From: Ruminococcus sp.
Lineage (GTDB): Bacteria; Bacillota; Clostridia; Oscillospirales; Acutalibacteraceae
DNA: 64,000 nt
Direction: 5' to 3'
NCBI GenBank assembly: GCA_024403825.1
Contig: JAKSRB010000001.1
Location: 10,124 to 74,123 of the forward strand
Shown here: in pieces, positions 18,977-31,231 of the stretch
How positions within the stretch are numbered: position 1 is the first letter of the stretch
How the letters are laid out: each line of letters begins with the position of its first letter
Position numbers and translations under genes: made by a program
Notes under the pieces: model-generated
The model's database searches: none
What the model saw: the letters and a program-made list of their open reading frames with translations, nothing else
Told to the model about the DNA's origin: nothing

Positions 18977-21900
18977 TTGTCAGCCAAAAAGCAGACAGTG
19001 AAAAAAACATCAAAAAATTCAGCAAATTCTAAGGGTAGAAATGTTCAGAAATCTCGCCATACTGCTGTTAGTAACAGCGGTAAAGGTGGCAGATATTCTG
19101 CACCTGAAAAGGGATTTGAGCTTTCACCTCGAATTAAAGCATTAATATATTATTTAATAGCAATAATTTTCGGAATAATAATTGTAATCAGAGGTGAATC
19201 TAATTGGGTTTCAATGCGTAATGCCCTTTTTGGATTCTTTGGAGTATGTATTTTCCTTATACCTATGTTCTTTATTTATCTTGCTGTGATTACAGAAAGA
19301 GAAGAAAAAGTAAACAGGCTTAAAACCAAAATTACCATTTGTTTATTAATAGCCTTGTTTTTTTCATCATTTGTATTTGTAATCTTTGGTGCATATGGTA
19401 AAAATCAGGGATATGGTGAGTGTCTTAGTATGCAGTTTGAAGAAGCAGTCGATTCTGTACACTATTTTCCGTTAGGTCCGGGAATATTTGGCGGATTGCT
19501 TGGATACCCACTTGCAACCAACTGCGGAAATGTTGCCGCAGGTCTGATTAGTTTTATAATGCTTGTGGGCTTGATATTTCTTATTGCAGGAGTGTCTGTC
19601 CATGATGTTGCTGTAGCAGCTTCCAAAAAAGCTAAAAGCGTACATATGGCAAATCGTGAGCGTGCCAGACAGATTAGGGAAAGAAAAATTGCTGAAAGAC
19701 AAAATCTGAATAATCAGAAACCAAAAACAAATTATGATTATGAACAGTATCAGCAATATAATGTAAGCGATATTTCCGAGCAAGAGGTATCTTCTGACAG
19801 TATAGATATTCCGCTTGGTGGCAGAAAGCGAAAATTAGAGGACAAACCGATTATTCAGACAGATATTACTCAGCCACCTGTTAAACGCAGAGCGGATAAT
19901 AATAATAGAATAATTGGTGATGGTGCGAATGTTGATATAGCTGTGACAGATGACGGAAATGCCACAAGCAAGGATTTTCTTGAAGATTTAATGAATATTA
20001 TTCATAGAGCCAATAAGCCACACAATCCGACATCGGATTCTGTGATTGAAGATATTGCAGATAATATTTCAAGTGAAAAGCGAGCTGTTGGAGAGTTTAT
20101 ACCAGATTCAGATATTAGTGCAGACGGTAATGCTGTTGAAGATTTATATGCTGATAATGATACTGAAACTGAAGCTGAAACAGTAAATGCTGAAAGTACA
20201 GATAATACAGAAATATTTGATATTAGCAATGTAAATATCGAGAGCAATAACAGCAATTTTAATTCTGCTAATCATTCAGAAAGAAAAACTGATTATCGAA
20301 GTGATGATTATTCAGAAAGAACTGATAACAAAAGAAGAAATAGTAGAATTGATGATGAAGAAGATGATGATATTGCTGAGCTTGAAAGCAAGGGTTATTC
20401 TGTTGACGGTTCTGATGAAATACATAAAGAAGAGAAGATATATCATTATCCGCCAATTCAGTTGCTGAGATTATCAGAAAATAACAATGACAGGCATGCA
20501 ATGGCTGAAATGCAGAATAATGCTACAAAGCTTATAGAAACTCTCAACAGCTTTGGAGTAAAGGCAAATATTACAAATATTTGCAGAGGTCCGTCTGTAA
20601 CTCGCTATGAATTACAGCCAGCTCCAGGTGTAAAAATCAGCAAGATAACAAATCTTTCAGATGATATTGCCTTAAATCTTGCTGCAAACGGAGTCAGAAT
20701 CGAAGCACCTATTCCAGGTAAAGCCGCTGTGGGTATCGAAGTACCTAACAAGGTTGTTAGTATGGTTTCGCTCAGAGAGCTTATTGATTCTGATAAGTTT
20801 TATGATGCTGACAGCAAGCTGACAGCCGTATTGGGCAGGGATATTTCTGGAGATATAGTAGTTACAGACCTTGCCAAAATGCCTCATTTGCTCATAGCAG
20901 GTACTACAGGTTCAGGTAAATCTGTTTGTGTTAATACTCTGTTAATGAGTATTTTATATAAGGCTCGTCCTGATGAAGTTAAGCTTTTGCTTATTGACCC
21001 TAAAATGGTTGAATTTGCAAAGTACAGAGGTATTCCGCATTTGCTCATACCTGTTGTAAATGATTCCAAAAAGGCGGCAGGTGCTTTGGCTTGGGCTGTT
21101 AATGAAATGGAACAGCGATACAGAATACTTTCTGAATTTGGTTGCAAGGATATAGGTTCATATAATAAGCTTATTGAAAAAAATCTCAGATACATAGAAA
21201 CTCACCCTCCATATGAAAATGAAGAGGGAGAGCTTATACAGCCTACCTTAGAGGTTGAGGGATTGCCTGTATCAAAGGAAAAAATGTGCAGTGTTGTAAT
21301 TGCAATAGATGAGCTTGCAGATTTGATGATGACAGCTCCCGGAGAGGTTGAGGATTCTATTCAGCGACTTGCCCAGAAAGCGAGAGCCGCAGGAATGCAT
21401 CTTATACTTGCAACTCAGCGACCGACTGTAAATGTAATTACAGGTACAATCAAGGCTAATATTCCGAGCCGAATTTCACTAAAAGTAAGCTCAAATATGG
21501 ATTCAAGAACCATACTTGATACAAGTGGCGGTGAAAAGCTTATTGGTAAGGGTGATATGCTCTTTTTACCTGTTGGAGCACCAAAGCCTATGCGTGTTCA
21601 GGGATGCTATGCAACAGATGAAGAGATTGAAGGCGTAACAGCCTTTATTAAGAAGTCATATAAAGCACAGTATAATGCTGAAATTGAAGAAACAATAAGA
21701 AAAATTGCCGAAGAAGAAATAAATGCAGGTAAAAAAGGTTCGGACAAGGATGTTGACAGCGGTTCAGATTTTGATGACCTCATTGATGATGCAATCAAGG
21801 CGGTAATTGACGCAGGACAGGCATCGACTTCACTTGTTCAGAGAAAACTGCGTGTAGGATATGCAAGAGCAGGCAGAATGATTGATGAAATGGAGCAAAT

Positions 21901-22003
21901 CGGAGTTGTAGGACCACATCAGGGTTCAAAACCTCGTGATGTTCTGATGACATATAATGAATGGCTTGAACGCAGGAATATTCTGCAAAACAGAAAAGAA
22001 TAA
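18977..22003 (+). CDS. ftsK: DNA translocase FtsK/SpoIIIE
   Basis: N-terminal TM domain, long acidic linker, [45 protein letters not shown], and gamma domain ([13 protein letters not shown]). TTG 18977 after GGAGTG. Confidence 0.96.
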   Translation: MSAKKQTVKKTSKNSANSKGRNVQKSRHTAVSNSGKGGRYSAPEKGFELSPRIKALIYYLIAIIFGIIIVIRGESNWVSMRNALFGFFGVCIFLIPMFFIYLAVITEREEKVNRLKTKITICLLIALFFSSFVFVIFGAYGKNQGYGECLSMQFEEAVDSVHYFPLGPGIFGGLLGYPLATNCGNVAAGLISFIMLVGLIFLIAGVSVHDVAVAASKKAKSVHMANRERARQIRERKIAERQNLNNQKPKTNYDYEQYQQYNVSDISEQEVSSDSIDIPLGGRKRKLEDKPIIQTDITQPPVKRRADNNNRIIGDGANVDIAVTDDGNATSKDFLEDLMNIIHRANKPHNPTSDSVIEDIADNISSEKRAVGEFIPDSDISADGNAVEDLYADNDTETEAETVNAESTDNTEIFDISNVNIESNNSNFNSANHSERKTDYRSDDYSERTDNKRRNSRIDDEEDDDIAELESKGYSVDGSDEIHKEEKIYHYPPIQLLRLSENNNDRHAMAEMQNNATKLIETLNSFGVKANITNICRGPSVTRYELQPAPGVKISKITNLSDDIALNLAANGVRIEAPIPGKAAVGIEVPNKVVSMVSLRELIDSDKFYDADSKLTAVLGRDISGDIVVTDLAKMPHLLIAGTTGSGKSVCVNTLLMSILYKARPDEVKLLLIDPKMVEFAKYRGIPHLLIPVVNDSKKAAGALAWAVNEMEQRYRILSEFGCKDIGSYNKLIEKNLRYIETHPPYENEEGELIQPTLEVEGLPVSKEKMCSVVIAIDELADLMMTAPGEVEDSIQRLAQKARAAGMHLILATQRPTVNVITGTIKANIPSRISLKVSSNMDSRTILDTSGGEKLIGKGDMLFLPVGAPKPMRVQGCYATDEEIEGVTAFIKKSYKAQYNAEIEETIRKIAEEEINAGKKGSDKDVDSGSDFDDLIDDAIKAVIDAGQASTSLVQRKLRVGYARAGRMIDEMEQIGVVGPHQGSKPRDVLMTYNEWLERRNILQNRKE

Positions 22004-22029
22004 TTATAATTAATTAAAGGGGTGATATT

Positions 22030-23970
22030 GTGGCTTTTTTACCAATGAATGCGACCGAAGTTGCTGAGCGTGGCTGGGACTATGTTGATTTTATATATGT
22101 ATGCGGAGATAGTTATGTTGACCACCCTTCATTTGGAGCCGCAATTATCACCAGAGTTCTTGAAAATTATGGCTATAGAGTAGCTTTTCTTGCACAGCCT
22201 GATTGGCATAGTGATAAGGACTTTTTACAGTTCGGTAAGCCGAGATTAGGATTTTTTGTAAGTGCAGGTAATATTGACAGTATGGTGGCACATTATACTG
22301 TTGCAAAAAGAAAAAGACATGATGATGCATATACCGCAGGCGGAAAAAACGGAAAACGACCTGACAGAGCGGTTACTGTTTATTCAAATATAATCCGCAA
22401 AAATTTTCCTGACAGTCCGATTATAATAGGTGGAATTGAAGCATCATTACGAAGATTTGCTCATTATGATTATTGGAAAAATACTGTAATGCCGTCTGTT
22501 TTATTTGATTCAAAGGCAGATATTATTTCCTATGGTATGGGAGAATTGCAGACTATTGAAATAGCAAAGCGATTAAGCGAGGGCTATCCTGTTGAGGCTT
22601 TATATGATATTCGTGGAATATGCTATAAAATCAGAACTGATGAATATATCCCAAAATCTGTGGTTGAGCTTCCAAGCTATGAAAATGTAAAGGAAAATAA
22701 GCGTGATTATGCTGTTGCCGCACGCAAAGAGCTTGATGAGGCTGATGCAGTCAGAGGAAAAACACTTATCCAACGGCATGGTAATTATATTCTTGTACAA
22801 AATCCACCTATGCCACCTTTGAATACAAAAGAACTTGATTATGTATATTCATTGCCTTATGAGCGGTGGTATCCAAAATGCTATGATAAGCTTGGCGGAG
22901 TGCCTGGAATTGAAGAGGTTTTGTTTTCAATAACTCATAACAGGGGTTGTTTTGGTGCATGTAATTTCTGTTCACTTGCATTTCATCAGGGCAGAGCGGT
23001 AACTGTCAGAAGTGAACAAAGTATCATTGATGAAGCAAAAAGCTTTCTTGATAATCCTCGTTTTAAAGGTTACATAAGCGATGTGGGAGGACCTACAGCA
23101 AATTTCCGTTTGCCTTCTTGTGAAAAGCAGAAAAAGCTTGGACTTTGCAAGGGCAGAAAATGTCTTGCTCCAACTCCTTGCCCAAATATGCAGGTATCGC
23201 ATACTGAATTTCTTGATATTTTGAGGAAGCTAAGAAATTTAGAGGGCATAAAAAAGGTATTTATACGAAGCGGAATCCGTTTTGATTATCTGATTGAAGA
23301 TGAAAATGATGAATTTTTCAGAGAGCTTGTTAATTATCATATAAGCGGTCAATTACGAGTTGCACCTGAGCATTGTTCTGTAGCAGTACTTGACAGAATG
23401 GGTAAGCCACATATCGAGGCATATAAAAGATTTTGCGATAAATTTTATTCGTTTACAGACAGAGTTAATAAAGACCAGTATGTTGTGCCATATCTTATGA
23501 GTTCGCACCCTGGTTCAACTCTCAAAGATGCGGTTGAGCTTGCATTATTCTGTAAGCGTGAAAATATTCACCCTAAACAGGTGCAGGATTTTTATCCTAC
23601 TCCTGGTACTATTTCGACAAGTATGTTTTATACAGGACTTGACCCTTATACATTAAAGGAAGTATATATCCCTAAAGATGAAAGTGAAAAGGCTTTGCAA
23701 AGGGCATTATTACAATGGTTTATACCAGAAAACAAGACACTTGTAACAAAAGCATTGATAAAGGCGGGCAGGCGTGACCTTATTGGAAATGATAAAAAAT
23801 GTTTAGTAACACCAATGGCAGGTCATACAGCAGGTGGTTATCAGAAAAACAGTAATTCATCAAAAGGCGGTAAAGTAAACAGCAACAATAAAAATAAGAA
23901 TAAAAATTCAAACTCAAATAAAAAAGTCGGAAAAGATAAGTATGCCAAGTACAGACGAAACAAAAAATGA
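22030..23970 (+). CDS. YgiQ family radical SAM protein
   Basis: GDSYVDHPSFG N-terminus, CFGACNFC cluster motif, DVGGPTAN, and N/K-rich tail. Confidence 0.93.
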   Translation: MAFLPMNATEVAERGWDYVDFIYVCGDSYVDHPSFGAAIITRVLENYGYRVAFLAQPDWHSDKDFLQFGKPRLGFFVSAGNIDSMVAHYTVAKRKRHDDAYTAGGKNGKRPDRAVTVYSNIIRKNFPDSPIIIGGIEASLRRFAHYDYWKNTVMPSVLFDSKADIISYGMGELQTIEIAKRLSEGYPVEALYDIRGICYKIRTDEYIPKSVVELPSYENVKENKRDYAVAARKELDEADAVRGKTLIQRHGNYILVQNPPMPPLNTKELDYVYSLPYERWYPKCYDKLGGVPGIEEVLFSITHNRGCFGACNFCSLAFHQGRAVTVRSEQSIIDEAKSFLDNPRFKGYISDVGGPTANFRLPSCEKQKKLGLCKGRKCLAPTPCPNMQVSHTEFLDILRKLRNLEGIKKVFIRSGIRFDYLIEDENDEFFRELVNYHISGQLRVAPEHCSVAVLDRMGKPHIEAYKRFCDKFYSFTDRVNKDQYVVPYLMSSHPGSTLKDAVELALFCKRENIHPKQVQDFYPTPGTISTSMFYTGLDPYTLKEVYIPKDESEKALQRALLQWFIPENKTLVTKALIKAGRRDLIGNDKKCLVTPMAGHTAGGYQKNSNSSKGGKVNSNNKNKNKNSNSNKKVGKDKYAKYRRNKK

Positions 23971-24874
23971 CAGCTTAAGAAAAATTATTTCAGTCAGCCT
24001 GAGTGTATTATTTATTTCTCTGATACTTGTAGTAAGCTTTTTTGGAGGGAAATCTTTTATTCTTAATTGGCAAAATATTTATTCTTTTTTTGGTTTATCT
24101 GCTGGTTTGAGTGAGGATTTTTCAATCAGTTTTATAAATGTCGGTTCGGCTGATGCCTGTTACATAAAATCAGCTGATACTGAATTTTTGATTGATACAG
24201 GCTCGGATTTTAGCTGTAATAAGGTTGTTGACTATTTAAAAAGATATGATTGCAGTCATCTTGATTTTATTGTTATTTCACATTTTGATAATGACCATTC
24301 AGGTGGATTATCTGATATTTTGTCTGAATTTGATGTTGATAAAATATATATGCCTAAGGTTGCAGATAAGCTTTTGCCTGATATAGAGGATTATTATAAT
24401 TTATTGAAAAAAGCTGAAAGCAATAATATCGAATTAATTTATCCTGATATTCCTTTGACGGTGAATTATAATGATATGATGTTGAAATTTATTGCACCAT
24501 TAAATGAGTATGAGGACAGAAACAATTCATCACTTGTATTAAAAATTGAATATCTGGAAATATCAGCTTTATTTACAGGTGATATTGAAAGTGAAGCTGA
24601 ATTTGATTTGCTTGCTTCAAATGAAGATTTAAATGCTGATATATTAAAGGTTGCACATCATGGAAGTGCCTCGTCATCAACAGAAGAGTTTTTGGAGGCT
24701 GTAAACCCTGAGATTTCAGTTGTTTCCGTTAGTCCGTCTGACGATACCTTGCCTGATTTTAATACTATTTCGAGAATTAATCATTATTCCGAAAAGCTTT
24801 TTAGAACTGATATTGACGGTTCAATAGTAATTAATTCAGACGGAAAGAAATTTGATATTTTTGTTAATAACTAA
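23942..24874 (+). CDS. ComEC/Rec2-type metallo-beta-lactamase fold protein (stand-alone MBL domain)
   Basis: FINVGSAD, SHFDNDHSGG, NNSSLV, LFTGD and LKVAHHGS motifs, with an N-terminal TM anchor. Confidence 0.88.
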   Translation: MPSTDETKNDSLRKIISVSLSVLFISLILVVSFFGGKSFILNWQNIYSFFGLSAGLSEDFSISFINVGSADACYIKSADTEFLIDTGSDFSCNKVVDYLKRYDCSHLDFIVISHFDNDHSGGLSDILSEFDVDKIYMPKVADKLLPDIEDYYNLLKKAESNNIELIYPDIPLTVNYNDMMLKFIAPLNEYEDRNNSSLVLKIEYLEISALFTGDIESEAEFDLLASNEDLNADILKVAHHGSASSSTEEFLEAVNPEISVVSVSPSDDTLPDFNTISRINHYSEKLFRTDIDGSIVINSDGKKFDIFVNN

Positions 24875-24890
24875 GATTTTTGTGCAACAC

Positions 24891-24919
24891 TTGACGAATT
24901 AAGGCTTTTAGTATATACT
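24891..24919 (+). promoter_or_regulatory. sigmaA-type promoter for tyrS
   Basis: TTGACG-17-TATACT, ~40 nt upstream of the start after the predicted TSS. Confidence 0.7.
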
Positions 24920-24965
24920 AAAATTAGTTAAAATTATTTTATATTTTTGAAAGGAATTTAGAATA

Positions 24966-26189
24966 ATGGGAGTTTATGAAGAACTTATTGAGCGTGGTCT
25001 GATAGCTCAGGTAACAGATGAAGAAGAAATAAGAGAGCTTGTCAATAATGGCAAAGCTGTATTTTATATAGGTTTTGACCCAACAGCAGACAGCCTGCAT
25101 GTTGGACATTTTATGGCACTCAGTTTGATGAAAAGACTTCAAATGGCAGGAAACAAGCCAATAGCACTTATTGGCGGTGGTACTGCAATGATTGGTGACC
25201 CATCAGGCAGAACTGATATGCGTCAGATGATGACTAAGGAAACAATAAATCATAATGTTGAGTGTTTTAAAAAGCAGATGAGCCGTTTTATTGACTTTTC
25301 AGATGATAAGGCTTTGCTCGTAAATAACGCTGACTGGTTGCTTGACCTTAATTATGTTGAAGTTTTAAGAGATGTTGGTGCTTGTTTTTCAGTAAATAAT
25401 ATGCTGAGAGCAGAGTGCTACAAGCAGAGAATGGAAAAGGGCTTGTCATTCTTAGAATTTAACTATATGATTATGCAAAGCTATGATTTTTATGCTCTTT
25501 ATCAGAAATATGGTTGTAATATGCAGTTTGGCGGAGATGACCAGTGGAGCAATATGCTTGGTGGTACTGAGCTTATCAGAAGAAAGCTTGGCAAGGATGC
25601 CTTTGCAATGACAATAAATCTTTTGCTTAATTCTGAGGGCAAGAAAATGGGAAAAACCCAGTCTGGTGCGGTATGGCTTTCAGCTGAAAAGACTTCACCT
25701 TATGATTTTTACCAGTATTGGAGAAATGTTGATGACGGAGATGTTATCAAATGCTTAAAAATGCTTACATTTGTTTCAATGGAAGAAATCAACGAGCTTG
25801 CAAAGCTTGAAGGCAGCGAAATCAATAAGGCAAAAGAGGTGCTTGCTCACTCTCTTACTGAACTGGTACATGGCAAGGAAGAGGCTGACAAGGCACAGGA
25901 GGCTGCAAGAGCTTTGTTTGGAAGTAAATCTGATACAGATAATATGCCGTCAACTGAACTTACTGATGATGATTTTTCAGACGGAAAAATTAAGATTCTT
26001 GATTTGCTCAAAAAATGTGGTCTTATTCCTTCAAATGGTGAAGGCAGAAGACTTATTCAGCAGGGCGGTGTATCAGTTGATGATGAAAAAATTACTGATG
26101 TATATGCTGAAATTTCAGTTGAGCAGTTTGAAAAGGGATATGTAATCATTAAAAAGGGCAAGAAAGTATTCCATAAGGCTGTAAAATAA
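24966..26189 (+). CDS. tyrS: Tyrosine--tRNA ligase
   Basis: [15 protein letters not shown] (HIGH), [15 protein letters not shown] (KMSKS), and C-terminal S4 domain. Confidence 0.98.
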   Translation: MGVYEELIERGLIAQVTDEEEIRELVNNGKAVFYIGFDPTADSLHVGHFMALSLMKRLQMAGNKPIALIGGGTAMIGDPSGRTDMRQMMTKETINHNVECFKKQMSRFIDFSDDKALLVNNADWLLDLNYVEVLRDVGACFSVNNMLRAECYKQRMEKGLSFLEFNYMIMQSYDFYALYQKYGCNMQFGGDDQWSNMLGGTELIRRKLGKDAFAMTINLLLNSEGKKMGKTQSGAVWLSAEKTSPYDFYQYWRNVDDGDVIKCLKMLTFVSMEEINELAKLEGSEINKAKEVLAHSLTELVHGKEEADKAQEAARALFGSKSDTDNMPSTELTDDDFSDGKIKILDLLKKCGLIPSNGEGRRLIQQGGVSVDDEKITDVYAEISVEQFEKGYVIIKKGKKVFHKAVK

Positions 26190-26227
26190 CGAGAAGTTTA
26201 TTATATCTTTTGAAAGGGCGGTAAAAA

Positions 26228-28014
<1,787 letters not shown>

Positions 28015-28023
28015 ATAATTAGC

Positions 28024-28057
28024 AAATCCCGACTTCTGAAAAATGATGTCGGGATTT
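28024..28057 (+). terminator. Terminator after eno
   Basis: AAATCCCGAC ... GTCGGGATTT 10-bp stem. Confidence 0.7.
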
Positions 28058-28275
28058 ACATTAATTGGAATTTTAACAGAATTTTATTTGCAAATAAAAA
28101 TTATATTAGCAAATTGCACATAAATATAATGAAAATTTCTACACTAAAATGACTTTTAATAAACAAATAATTCATATTCGGAATTAAAATTGCTTGCCTG
28201 ATATGTTAAAATATTTTAAATAAGATTACTTATTTTGTCTTAATAAATTATGACATAAACGGGAGGCAGTTTTAG

Positions 28276-31161
28276 TTGCTTTTCAAAAGATTAAAAAGAC
28301 TTATAATAGGAGTATTGACAATAATTATGGTTACAGGTATGTGCGTTTCAGGTGCTTTGGCGGCAGAAGAAAACAAGGAAACCGAAAAATCCAAGAGTGT
28401 TAATTATCAGGAATATGCGGCTAACCTTGATAAAACTGTATATAATGGAAATGACCTTGGTGCTGTTTATTCAAAGGATAGTACAACATTTAAGGTTTGG
28501 TCGCCTACAGCTTCAGGTATTAAGGTTAATATTTATGAGTATGGAAGCGATGAAGAGGGTGATGCAGGCTTTATTGAAAGCAAGAATTTAGAATTTAATA
28601 AAAAAACTGGTGTATGGGCTGTAAAGCTTGACGGAGATTATGCCGGTAAATATTACACTTATACAATAAAGCAGGGTAAAGAAACCTTTGAAACCTATGA
28701 TATTTACGCTAAGGGTTGTGGTGTAAACGGCAAAAGGAGTATGGTGGTTGATTTCAGTAAGACTAATCCTGAGGGTTGGGAAAATGATTCACACATACTT
28801 GTTTCAAACGCAACTAAGGCTTCTGTCTGGGAGGTTTCAGTAGCTGACTTTTCTTCTTCTGAATCAAGTGGTGTAACTGAAAAAAACAGAGGAAAATTCC
28901 TTGCGTTTACTGAAAATGGTACAACTGTTAATAATATTGACGGCGGAAGTCCAACCTGTATTGACTATCTTAAAAAGCTCGGTGTAAAGTATGTACAGAT
29001 TATGCCGTTTTATGATTTTGGTTCAGTTGATGAGTCAAAGGATATAATGTCGCAGTATAACTGGGGTTATGACCCTGTTAATTATAATTGTCCTGAGGGT
29101 TCTTATTCTTCTGACCCTTATAATGGTTATGCCCGTATTCTTGAATGTAAGCAGATGATTCAGGCTTTGCATAATGCAGGTATCGGAGTAATTATGGATG
29201 TTGTATATAATCACACATATTCAACTGATTCTGCTTTCCAATATACTGTGCCAAACTACTATTATAGAATGAATGAGGACGGTACTTTCTCAAATGGTTC
29301 AGGCTGTAGTAATGATACAGCATCTGAGCATCTGATGTATCGTAAATATATGATTGATTCTGTGACATACTGGGCAAAGGAATATCATATTGACGGTTTC
29401 AGATTTGACCTTATGGGATTGCACGATGTAACAACATTAAATGAAATCCGTTCTTCACTTGATAAATTATATGAAGATGAGAGCGGTAAAAAGATAATAA
29501 TGTATGGTGAAGCCTGGGATATGGCTACAAATTGTGATGCTGGAACGGTTCTTGCAACTCAGGCAAACCTTAAACAGCTTGACAGCAGAATTGGTGCATT
29601 TGATGATACAATCAGAGATGCAATAAAAGGCAGTACCTTTGGTACAGGCGGAGGTTTTGTTCAAGACGGTTCTGAGCGTTCAAGGCTGAAAATTGGTATA
29701 GCAGGTCAGTCGGATAGTATTACAGGTTGGGCAGCTTCACCTACTCAGTGTGTGACATATTCTTCCTGCCATGATAACTTGTGCTTATATGATAAGCTTG
29801 TAGATACAATTTGCGGACAGGGAAGTGAATACCGTAAAAGATATGAAAATCTGGTTGCTATGAACAAGCTTGCCGGTGCAATTACAATTACCTCACAGGG
29901 CATACCATTTATGCTTGCAGGCGAAGAATTTGCACGCTCTAAGGATGGTGATGAAAATTCATATGCATCATCAAGAGAAGAAAATATGCTCGATTGGAAT
30001 AATCTTAACGAGTTCAGCGATATAGCAGAGTATTACAGAGGCTTATATAAAATTCGTGAGAATTTTGCGGCATTGTCTGACTGTACAGCTATGACAGCCA
30101 ATAATCTGATTTTCCTTGACAAGCTTCCAAAGGGTGTTGTCGGATATAAGGTTAATAATACTGAAACAGGAAAATGGATGACAATGTGTATTCTTTTCAA
30201 TGGTACCGAAAATGCAAGTGATGTTGAATTATCTGGAGAATGGGTTGTTATTGCTGATAATGAAACGGCAGGTTTAAGAAATCTGGGTGAAACAGATGAA
30301 AGTGTTACAGTTCAGGCTCATTCAGCGTTAATTCTTGTTGATAAGGATAGTTATTATTCAGCAAAGCTTGATGTTGAAGAAGGTGCAGTAACTATTGATT
30401 ATTACGATAATGATTCCAAGGAGCTTATTAAAAAGCAGACAGTAACAGGAAGTCTTGGCTCAGCCTTTGATGTTACAAAGCTTGCACAGGCAAACAGCTT
30501 TGAAATAATAGAGCATAATGGCAATATTCAAGGCGAGTTTACCGATAGTGTAGTGCATTCTGTAGTGTATGTAAAAAGCTATGCAGATGAGTTATCAACT
30601 GTAACCTTTAAGTTTATAGATGAGGAAACTGAGGAAGAGCTTACTGAGGCAATTCGTATCAGCAACCGAATTGGTGAACAGTATTTTACACCAGAAATTC
30701 CATCAGTATCAGGATATAGACTTGATATGGATAAATTGCCAACAAATGGTGCAGGAAAACTAAAAAAGGCTGATATAGTAGTTGTATATAAATATAAGCA
30801 TATAACAGATGAAACCGAATTAGCACAGGGAATTGTTAATGCCATATATATGGACGATAAAGGTAGAATTATCGAAAAGAATACAATAAAAGGTTTTGTT
30901 GGTGAGGAATACTATATTAATCAGAATGAGTACGAGGAAATGACATTGATTTCCACCCCTGAAAATTTTGCTGGCTTCTTTACAGAGGGCGAAATAAATG
31001 TTATATTGAATTATACCTCTACACCTGATGTTCTTGAACAGGTAATGGTGTATGTATATATTGGCACAGGACTTATATTGGCGATGTGCCTTGCATCTGT
31101 ATTATATTCAGATATCAGCCGAAAAAAGAAGTATATGGCTGAAATGGATATTGAAGATTAA
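28276..31161 (+). CDS. pulA: Secreted type I pullulanase (CBM48 + GH13), MucBP-like repeats, C-terminal membrane anchor
   Basis: Signal peptide, DLGAVYS..TTFKVWSP CBM48, YNWGYDPVNY pullulanase motif, catalytic FRFDLMG / YGEAW / CHDN, then MucBP-like repeats and a hydrophobic segment followed by RKKK. Confidence 0.92.
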   Translation: MLFKRLKRLIIGVLTIIMVTGMCVSGALAAEENKETEKSKSVNYQEYAANLDKTVYNGNDLGAVYSKDSTTFKVWSPTASGIKVNIYEYGSDEEGDAGFIESKNLEFNKKTGVWAVKLDGDYAGKYYTYTIKQGKETFETYDIYAKGCGVNGKRSMVVDFSKTNPEGWENDSHILVSNATKASVWEVSVADFSSSESSGVTEKNRGKFLAFTENGTTVNNIDGGSPTCIDYLKKLGVKYVQIMPFYDFGSVDESKDIMSQYNWGYDPVNYNCPEGSYSSDPYNGYARILECKQMIQALHNAGIGVIMDVVYNHTYSTDSAFQYTVPNYYYRMNEDGTFSNGSGCSNDTASEHLMYRKYMIDSVTYWAKEYHIDGFRFDLMGLHDVTTLNEIRSSLDKLYEDESGKKIIMYGEAWDMATNCDAGTVLATQANLKQLDSRIGAFDDTIRDAIKGSTFGTGGGFVQDGSERSRLKIGIAGQSDSITGWAASPTQCVTYSSCHDNLCLYDKLVDTICGQGSEYRKRYENLVAMNKLAGAITITSQGIPFMLAGEEFARSKDGDENSYASSREENMLDWNNLNEFSDIAEYYRGLYKIRENFAALSDCTAMTANNLIFLDKLPKGVVGYKVNNTETGKWMTMCILFNGTENASDVELSGEWVVIADNETAGLRNLGETDESVTVQAHSALILVDKDSYYSAKLDVEEGAVTIDYYDNDSKELIKKQTVTGSLGSAFDVTKLAQANSFEIIEHNGNIQGEFTDSVVHSVVYVKSYADELSTVTFKFIDEETEEELTEAIRISNRIGEQYFTPEIPSVSGYRLDMDKLPTNGAGKLKKADIVVVYKYKHITDETELAQGIVNAIYMDDKGRIIEKNTIKGFVGEEYYINQNEYEEMTLISTPENFAGFFTEGEINVILNYTSTPDVLEQVMVYVYIGTGLILAMCLASVLYSDISRKKKYMAEMDIED

Positions 31162-31184
31162 ATTTATTTAATTAAGGTAGTTTT

Positions 31185-31197
31185 TCGCAAATTGCGA
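31185..31197. promoter_or_regulatory. Palindrome TCGCAA-A-TTGCGA upstream of pullulanase 2 (core GCAAATTGC also at 28109-28117)
   Basis: Perfect 6-bp arms in a 70-nt intergenic gap. The same 9-nt core lies upstream of pullulanase 1. Confidence 0.35.
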
Positions 31198-31231
31198 TTG
31201 ATGTATTGAATTTTATAAGGAGGACTAATTA

